Shown piece after piece: positions 7,759-12,623 of a DNA stretch of 12,623 nt (positions are counted from its first letter, which is position 1; each line of letters starts with the position of its first letter). The position numbers and the translations under genes were made by a program. Origin of the DNA: Candidatus Saccharimonadota bacterium. GTDB taxonomy: Bacteria; Pseudomonadota; Gammaproteobacteria; Enterobacterales; Enterobacteriaceae. The stretch spans positions 156,158 to 168,780 of the forward strand of contig NZ_CP046218.1 in the NCBI RefSeq assembly GCF_012571345.1, given 5' to 3'. The notes beneath the pieces are model-generated. The model saw only the letters and a program-made list of their open reading frames with translations, was not told the DNA's origin and did not search any database.

Positions 7759-8676
7759 GTGTTTATGATAATAAAATTACAAGATATTTTAAACAAAGAT
7801 ATCTTATTAGAATTATTTACAATACAAGATTTTGTACGTTGGGCAACTAGTTGTTTTAGTATTTCTGAAATATGGTATGGTCATGGTAATAATAATCCAT
7901 GGGATGAAGCTATACAATTAATTTTACCTACATTAGGTTTACCACCATATATGTGGCATAATGTGTTTCAAACACGATTAGTTACATATGAAAAAAAAAA
8001 TATTTATTATAAAGTACATATGCGTATTACACAACGCATACCGGTTGCTTATTTAACAAATAAAGTATGGTTTTGTGGACACGAATTATATGTGGATAAA
8101 CGTACTTTAATACCTAGGTCACCAATACAAGAACTAATTAATAATAAATTTGAAAAAATTATATTTCATACACCAAAAAATATATTAGATTTAGGCACAG
8201 GTAATGGATGTATAGCAATTGCCTGCTCTTATCTTTACCCGAAAGCTAACATAGATGCAGTTGATATTTCTCAAAATGCTATTAATGTTACAGAACAAAA
8301 TATCTTTTTACATGGGTTAGAAAAAAAAATTACACCAATATGTAGTAATTTATTTGATAATTTACATCAATCACATTATGATTTAATTATATCTAATCCT
8401 CCTTATATTAATCGACAAGAAATGGAATATTTACCTAAAGAATATTTATACGAACCTATTATAGGACTTGTATCTACTAAAAAAGGATTAGATATGATAT
8501 ACAAGATTATTAAACAATCTCGTAAATTTCTTAAAAAGACAGGTATAGTCATTTGTGAAGTAGGTAATCAAAAAAAAAAAATTCAACATAAATATCCAAA
8601 TATACATTTTGAATGGTTAAAGTTAAATAATGATGATGTAGATATTTTTAAAATTCATTATGAACAATTAAAATAA
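7759..8676 (+). CDS. prmB: Ribosomal protein uL3 glutamine N5-methyltransferase (PrmB/YfcB)
   Basis: The 305 aa product is collinear with E. coli PrmB (IWYGHG-NPWDEA-QL-LP, RIPVAYLTNK-WFCGHE-YVD-R-L-PRSPI-ELINNKF). It has the SAM motif LDLGTGNGCIAIA and the catalytic NPPY (ISNPPYI). The start is ambiguous: GTG at 7759 lies 5 nt after an AGGA, and ATG at 7765 lies 11 nt after it. It sits upstream of aroC, as in E. coli. Confidence 0.92.
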   Translation: MFMIIKLQDILNKDILLELFTIQDFVRWATSCFSISEIWYGHGNNNPWDEAIQLILPTLGLPPYMWHNVFQTRLVTYEKKNIYYKVHMRITQRIPVAYLTNKVWFCGHELYVDKRTLIPRSPIQELINNKFEKIIFHTPKNILDLGTGNGCIAIACSYLYPKANIDAVDISQNAINVTEQNIFLHGLEKKITPICSNLFDNLHQSHYDLIISNPPYINRQEMEYLPKEYLYEPIIGLVSTKKGLDMIYKIIKQSRKFLKKTGIVICEVGNQKKKIQHKYPNIHFEWLKLNNDDVDIFKIHYEQLK

Positions 8677-8698
8677 TTAATAAAAATAGAGAGAATAT

Positions 8699-9772
8699 AT
8701 GTCTGGTAATACGATTGGCAAAATATTTCAAGTAACAACTTTTGGTGAATCTCATGGTAAAGCATTAGGGTGTATTGTAGACGGTGTACCTCCAAATATT
8801 ATTTTAAATGAACAAGATATTCAAAAAGATCTCGATAGAAGAAAACCAGGTTTATCTAAATATACTTCACCACGTAAAGAAATAGATAAAATTAAAATTT
8901 TGTCTGGAGTTTTTCAAGGCAAGACAACAGGAACAAGTATTGGTTTATTAGTTTATAATATGGATTATAGATCACAAGATTATAGTAACATTAAAAATAT
9001 TTATCGACCTGGTCATGCAGATTTTACTTATCAAAAAAAATATCATATTAGAGATTATCGTGGTGGTGGTCGTGCTTCAGCTCGAGAAACTGTTATGAGA
9101 GTAGCCGCTGGTGCTATTGCAAAAAAATATTTATTCGATAAGTATAATATTGTTATTAGGGGTTATTTATCTCAAATGGGTCATATTAAATGTAATTTTG
9201 ATAATTGGGATATTGTTAATAATAATCCATTTTTTTGTCCTAATATAACTAATATTAAATGTCTAGAAAATCTAATAAATAATTTAAAAAAAGCTGGTGA
9301 CTCTATAGGCGCTAAAATAACTCTAATAATACAAAATCTTCCAATAGGTTTAGGAGAACCTGTATTTGATAAATTAGATGCGGAGTTAGCATACTCATTA
9401 ATGAGTATTAATGCAGTTAAAGGTATTGAAATTGGTGATGGTTTTAAAGTTATTACACAGTTAGGTAGTGAAAATAGGGATGCAATGGATACTAATGGTT
9501 TTCAAAGTAATCATTCTGGAGGTATTTTAGGAGGTATTAGTAGTGGACAAGATATTATGATTAATATTGCTATAAAACCAACTTCTAGTATTCCAAAAAC
9601 TATTAATACTATAAATATTATAGGTAATCAAACAACGTGTAGTACACAAGGACGACATGATCCTTGTGTAGGTATTAGAGCGATCCCAATTAGTGAAGCA
9701 ATGGTTGCTATTGTTTTAATGGATCATTTATTACGTTATCGTGCACAATGTGCTGATAATATTTATAAATAA
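8699..9772 (+). CDS. aroC: Chorismate synthase
   Basis: The 357 aa product has the signature motifs [36 protein letters not shown] and [14 protein letters not shown] lies upstream of the ATG. Confidence 0.96.
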   Translation: MSGNTIGKIFQVTTFGESHGKALGCIVDGVPPNIILNEQDIQKDLDRRKPGLSKYTSPRKEIDKIKILSGVFQGKTTGTSIGLLVYNMDYRSQDYSNIKNIYRPGHADFTYQKKYHIRDYRGGGRASARETVMRVAAGAIAKKYLFDKYNIVIRGYLSQMGHIKCNFDNWDIVNNNPFFCPNITNIKCLENLINNLKKAGDSIGAKITLIIQNLPIGLGEPVFDKLDAELAYSLMSINAVKGIEIGDGFKVITQLGSENRDAMDTNGFQSNHSGGILGGISSGQDIMINIAIKPTSSIPKTINTINIIGNQTTCSTQGRHDPCVGIRAIPISEAMVAIVLMDHLLRYRAQCADNIYK

Positions 9773-9775
9773 TTA

Positions 9776-10381
9776 TTAATTTAATTCTTTTAAATTATGA
9801 GATAAATAATCTTTTATTCCTGCTTCTGTAGGAATAATACTATGTTTCCCAGATGTCCATTGTGCAGGACAAACTTGACCATATTTTTTATAATGTTTAA
9901 TAGCATCAATAATACGTAAAGTTTCATGAATATTACGTCCAAAAAACAAATCATTAACTGTTTGATGTTTAATAATATGTTTCTCATCAATAATAAAAGT
10001 TGCTCTCAATGCAATACTTAAATCAGGATGTTCAACACCATATTGTTGTTGTATATTTTTTTTTATATCTGAGATCATAATAAACTTAATATGGCCTATT
10101 CCTCCTTGATTAATATCTGTATTACGCCATGCTTTATGTACATATTGCGAATCACAAGAAACGCCTAATAATTTCACATTTCTTTTATCAAATTCATCAT
10201 AATATTTGTTAAATGTAATAATTTCTGATGGACATACATAAGTAAAATCTAAAGGCCAAAAAAATATTACAGTAATTTTATTTTCTGTATATTGATAAAA
10301 ATTAAAATTTTCAATAATATTACCGTTAGGCAATACTGCTGGCGCAATAAATTGTGGTGCTGGACGTGTTACTAATATCAT
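9776..10381 (-). CDS. ahpC: Typical 2-Cys peroxiredoxin (Prx1/TsaA-like alkyl hydroperoxide reductase C), 201 aa
   Basis: The peroxidatic Cys lies in DFTYVCPSEI and the resolving Cys in GQVCPAQW, and HKAWR is conserved. The ORF track begins at a TTG (10396). The ATG at 10381 is preceded by GGAGGA (10389-10394, - strand) at 7 nt spacing, and it gives the canonical MILVTRPAPQF N-terminus. I therefore call 10381 as the start. Confidence 0.9.
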   Translation of the reverse strand: MILVTRPAPQFIAPAVLPNGNIIENFNFYQYTENKITVIFFWPLDFTYVCPSEIITFNKYYDEFDKRNVKLLGVSCDSQYVHKAWRNTDINQGGIGHIKFIMISDIKKNIQQQYGVEHPDLSIALRATFIIDEKHIIKHQTVNDLFFGRNIHETLRIIDAIKHYKKYGQVCPAQWTSGKHSIIPTEAGIKDYLSHNLKELN

Positions 10382-10388
10382 TCTTTTA

Positions 10389-10394
10389 TCCTCC
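10389..10394 (-). promoter_or_regulatory. Shine-Dalgarno GGAGGA for the peroxiredoxin gene
   Basis: A perfect GGAGGA lies 7 nt upstream of the ATG at 10381. It is the strongest ribosome-binding site in the window. Other genes have only AGGA, AGGT or GAGAG, or none. Confidence 0.7.
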
Positions 10395-10408
10395 AACCGA
10401 TATTTATA

Positions 10409-10437
10409 TTTATAAAAAACATTATTACAACATTCAA
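10409..10437 (-). promoter_or_regulatory. Candidate sigma70 promoter for the peroxiredoxin gene: TTGAAT, 17 nt spacer, TATAAA
   Basis: On the - strand, TTGAAT (10437-10432) is followed by a 17 nt spacer and TATAAA (10414-10409), about 28 nt upstream of the ATG. The background rate of such hexamers in this composition is high. Confidence 0.25.
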
Positions 10438-10477
10438 TTATATGTATAATATTTTTATTTATACATAAAATTATTAT

Positions 10478-11494
10478 TTAGTTATTTATAAGACTAAATA
10501 CTGTATATTTATTATTTTTAGACAAAATAGTAAAGTTTAATAATAATGAATGTAATATTTTTTTATATGGTATACAATTATGTCCAACAAATCTAAATTC
10601 ACCTTTATATTTTAAATATTTTTTAAAATTATACAAAATAGTATATATACAATTTAAAGAGTAAGGTCTTCCATTATGAAATGGTGGATTAGAAATAATT
10701 AGATCAAATTTATTGTTTATGTGTGAAAATAAATTACTAGGAAATATATTAACATTATGAATATGATTTATTAATAATGTTTTTTTCGAAGCCAAAATTG
10801 CTTTTGCATCTTTATCAACTGCATATAATTTAGTTTTATTTATTTTGATATTATCATATAGTATTGTTGTGATAATACCTGAACCACAACCTAAATCTAA
10901 TATATTCCCTTGCATATTAGATTTTAATGTAGTAATTAATAATTTACTTCCTAAATCTAATTTATTACTATTAAACATACCAGGTAAATTATAAATTATT
11001 TTATTTTGAAAAATATAAAATTCCCAATAATCATTTATATTAAATGATATTTTTTCTTTATAAATAGCATGATAAATACTACATTTTCTAGCACTAATGA
11101 TTTTATGAAATATTATATTTAATGTATTAATATTATTAATACTATTAATACCACTATTATTTTTTCCTATGATAAAAATACTACTATTATATAGTAAATT
11201 ACAAACAGATTTTGTGAATAAAAAAACAGACTCACGTTTATTTTTTGTCCAAAAAAATATTAATACATTATAATATACTTGAATATTTATCATATTAAAA
11301 AAGACTTTTTTATGTAATATTTTACTTAACCATAAATAATAATCATATTGATCAGTATAAACAATTGTGTCTTTTGTTTGTAAATATATGGGCAAGGCAT
11401 TTATGCTGTGTCCAGCAAATATTACTCTTAAATTTTGAAAGTTATTTTTAAATTTATATAAAAAATATTTATTAATTGCTGATAATTTATACAT
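10478..11494 (-). CDS. rsmC: 16S rRNA (guanine1207-N2)-methyltransferase RsmC
   Basis: The 338 aa product is collinear with E. coli RsmC (about 343 aa). The N-terminal noncatalytic domain shows RVIFAG, FFWTKNKRE and IGKNNSGI, followed by LPGMFNSNKLDLGSKLL. The C-terminal methyltransferase domain has the SAM motif ILDLGCGSGI and the catalytic ISNPPFH. Confidence 0.88.
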   Translation of the reverse strand: MYKLSAINKYFLYKFKNNFQNLRVIFAGHSINALPIYLQTKDTIVYTDQYDYYLWLSKILHKKVFFNMINIQVYYNVLIFFWTKNKRESVFLFTKSVCNLLYNSSIFIIGKNNSGINSINNINTLNIIFHKIISARKCSIYHAIYKEKISFNINDYWEFYIFQNKIIYNLPGMFNSNKLDLGSKLLITTLKSNMQGNILDLGCGSGIITTILYDNIKINKTKLYAVDKDAKAILASKKTLLINHIHNVNIFPSNLFSHINNKFDLIISNPPFHNGRPYSLNCIYTILYNFKKYLKYKGEFRFVGHNCIPYKKILHSLLLNFTILSKNNKYTVFSLINN

Positions 11495-11495
11495 A

Positions 11496-12329
11496 TTATG
11501 TATGATGACATTTAAGATAAAAAAACTTTTTCTCTTCTAAAGAAAATAATGTTAATTTATGACCCCAACAACAACCAGTATCTAAACCAATGATATTTTT
11601 AGGCGTATATTTTCCTTGTAATGTAGACCAATGTCCAAAAAAAATTTTATACTTTTTGTATAAAATATTGTTCATTAAAAACCATGGTTTTAATAATGAT
11701 GTAACTTTTTCTGGGACATCTTTAGATAGCATTTCTAATGTGCCATTAGAATAACAATATCGCATATTAGTAAAGGAATTAATAATGAAACTATATCTTG
11801 GGAAACCTTGTAATTGATTATTGTCCCAATCAGTCACTTGTGGATAGTGATATAAATAAGAAAAAAATTCTTTACTATTATGACTAGATATTATTTGTTC
11901 TACTTCTCGTGCTGATGCTAATACTATTTTTAGAGAATTCCATTGCGGCGTAATGCCTGCATGTGTCATTAAAAATTTTTTTTTTATATTATATTGTATT
12001 AATGGCTGGAACTTTAACCAGTTGTTAATAATATCTAAAATATGTGGTTGTTTAAGTAAAAATAAAAGTTCTTGATCATATAAATTATATTTATGTTTTA
12101 TTCCTACAGATAAAGCTATAAAATATAAATCGTGATTACCTAATACTAATTTAATAGAATGGCGAATATCATATAAAAAATATAGTAATTTTATTGAATC
12201 GGGGCCACGGGCAATAATATCTCCTGTTATCCATAACATATCTTTAGTATAGTTAAAATTTATTTTTTTTAACATACTTACTAATTCATTATAACATCCA
12301 TGAAGATCTCCAATAAGATAAGTAGTCAT
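11496..12329 (-). CDS. apaH: Bis(5'-nucleosyl)-tetraphosphatase, symmetrical (Ap4A hydrolase)
   Basis: The 277 aa product has the metallophosphatase motifs MTTYLIGDLHGCY, TGDIIARGP, LGNHD, THAGI, FGHW and LDTGCCWG. It is collinear with E. coli ApaH and lies immediately downstream of apaG, as in E. coli. Confidence 0.95.
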   Translation of the reverse strand: MTTYLIGDLHGCYNELVSMLKKINFNYTKDMLWITGDIIARGPDSIKLLYFLYDIRHSIKLVLGNHDLYFIALSVGIKHKYNLYDQELLFLLKQPHILDIINNWLKFQPLIQYNIKKKFLMTHAGITPQWNSLKIVLASAREVEQIISSHNSKEFFSYLYHYPQVTDWDNNQLQGFPRYSFIINSFTNMRYCYSNGTLEMLSKDVPEKVTSLLKPWFLMNNILYKKYKIFFGHWSTLQGKYTPKNIIGLDTGCCWGHKLTLFSLEEKKFFYLKCHHT

Positions 12330-12341
12330 ATTATTTCAATA

Positions 12342-12623
12342 TTAATGTATATAAGTTTGAATGGCTAAACGAAAAATAGGTATTTCTACATGAAATACAT
12401 CATTATTTTCATCAACCATGATATAGTGTCCTTGCATAATACCAATAGGTGTTTCTAAAACAGTACCACTAGTATAATAAAAATTATTACCTGGATTAAT
12501 ATATGGTTTTTTACCTGCTACTCCTTCCCCATGTATTTGTGTTGTTTTACCATTACCATTAGTTATTATCCAATAACGACTAATTAGTTGTAAGATTTTT
12601 TTACTGATATTATGTATTTTCAT
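12342..12623 (-). CDS. apaG: ApaG (DUF525) protein. The 5' end lies outside the window and the C-terminal 93 aa are present.
   Basis: SRYWIITNGNGKTTQIHGEGVAGKKPYINPG..YTSG..ETPIGIMQGHYIMVDENN..F.VEIPIFRLA aligns to about residues 33-125 of E. coli ApaG. The Met at the window edge aligns to an internal position, so about 30 N-terminal codons are missing. Confidence 0.9.
   Translation of the reverse strand: MKIHNISKKILQLISRYWIITNGNGKTTQIHGEGVAGKKPYINPGNNFYYTSGTVLETPIGIMQGHYIMVDENNDVFHVEIPIFRLAIQTYIH

Noticed and set aside
12621-12623. ATG at the window edge as the apaG start
   Set aside because: Alignment to E. coli ApaG (125 aa) places this Met at about residue 33. The real start must lie beyond the window.
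1-12623. Scan for mobile elements, CRISPR repeats, defence or toxin-antitoxin modules, pseudogenes and unassigned ORFs
   Set aside because: No direct-repeat arrays, transposase or integrase fragments, or long terminal inverted repeats were seen. Every ORF over 100 aa is a full-length housekeeping ortholog with intact catalytic motifs. No spacer exceeds 151 bp, so there is no room for an undescribed system.

Overview
The window is about 96% genic: 544 nt of 12623 lie outside called genes. It is extremely AT-rich, roughly 20-25% G+C by eye, and the proteins are rich in Lys, Ile and Asn. All twelve long ORFs align end to end with well-known Enterobacterales housekeeping proteins: pepA (5' partial), valS, argI, ridA and potD on the + strand; trhO/yceA on the - strand; tRNA-Asn(GUU), prmB and aroC on the + strand; then a 2-Cys peroxiredoxin (ahpC/tsaA type), rsmC, apaH and apaG (5' partial) on the - strand. 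The composition, short spacers, conserved blocks of E. coli gene order with genes deleted between them, and lack of terminators fit a reduced genome of an obligate insect endosymbiont derived from Enterobacterales. Wigglesworthia-, Buchnera-, Blochmannia- or Westeberhardia-like are guesses that I cannot resolve without a search. I found no mobile element, CRISPR array, defence or toxin module, orphan ORF, or noncoding stretch long enough to hide a gene (the longest is 151 bp). I therefore do not see a candidate undescribed system here. The findings below are genome-reduction signatures and annotation corrections: potD without potABC, empty holC and pyrBI slots, convergent genes that abut without terminators, a tRNA gene with no encoded CCA, long in-frame poly(A) tracts, and a new apaH-rsmC junction. 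All carry modest interest scores.
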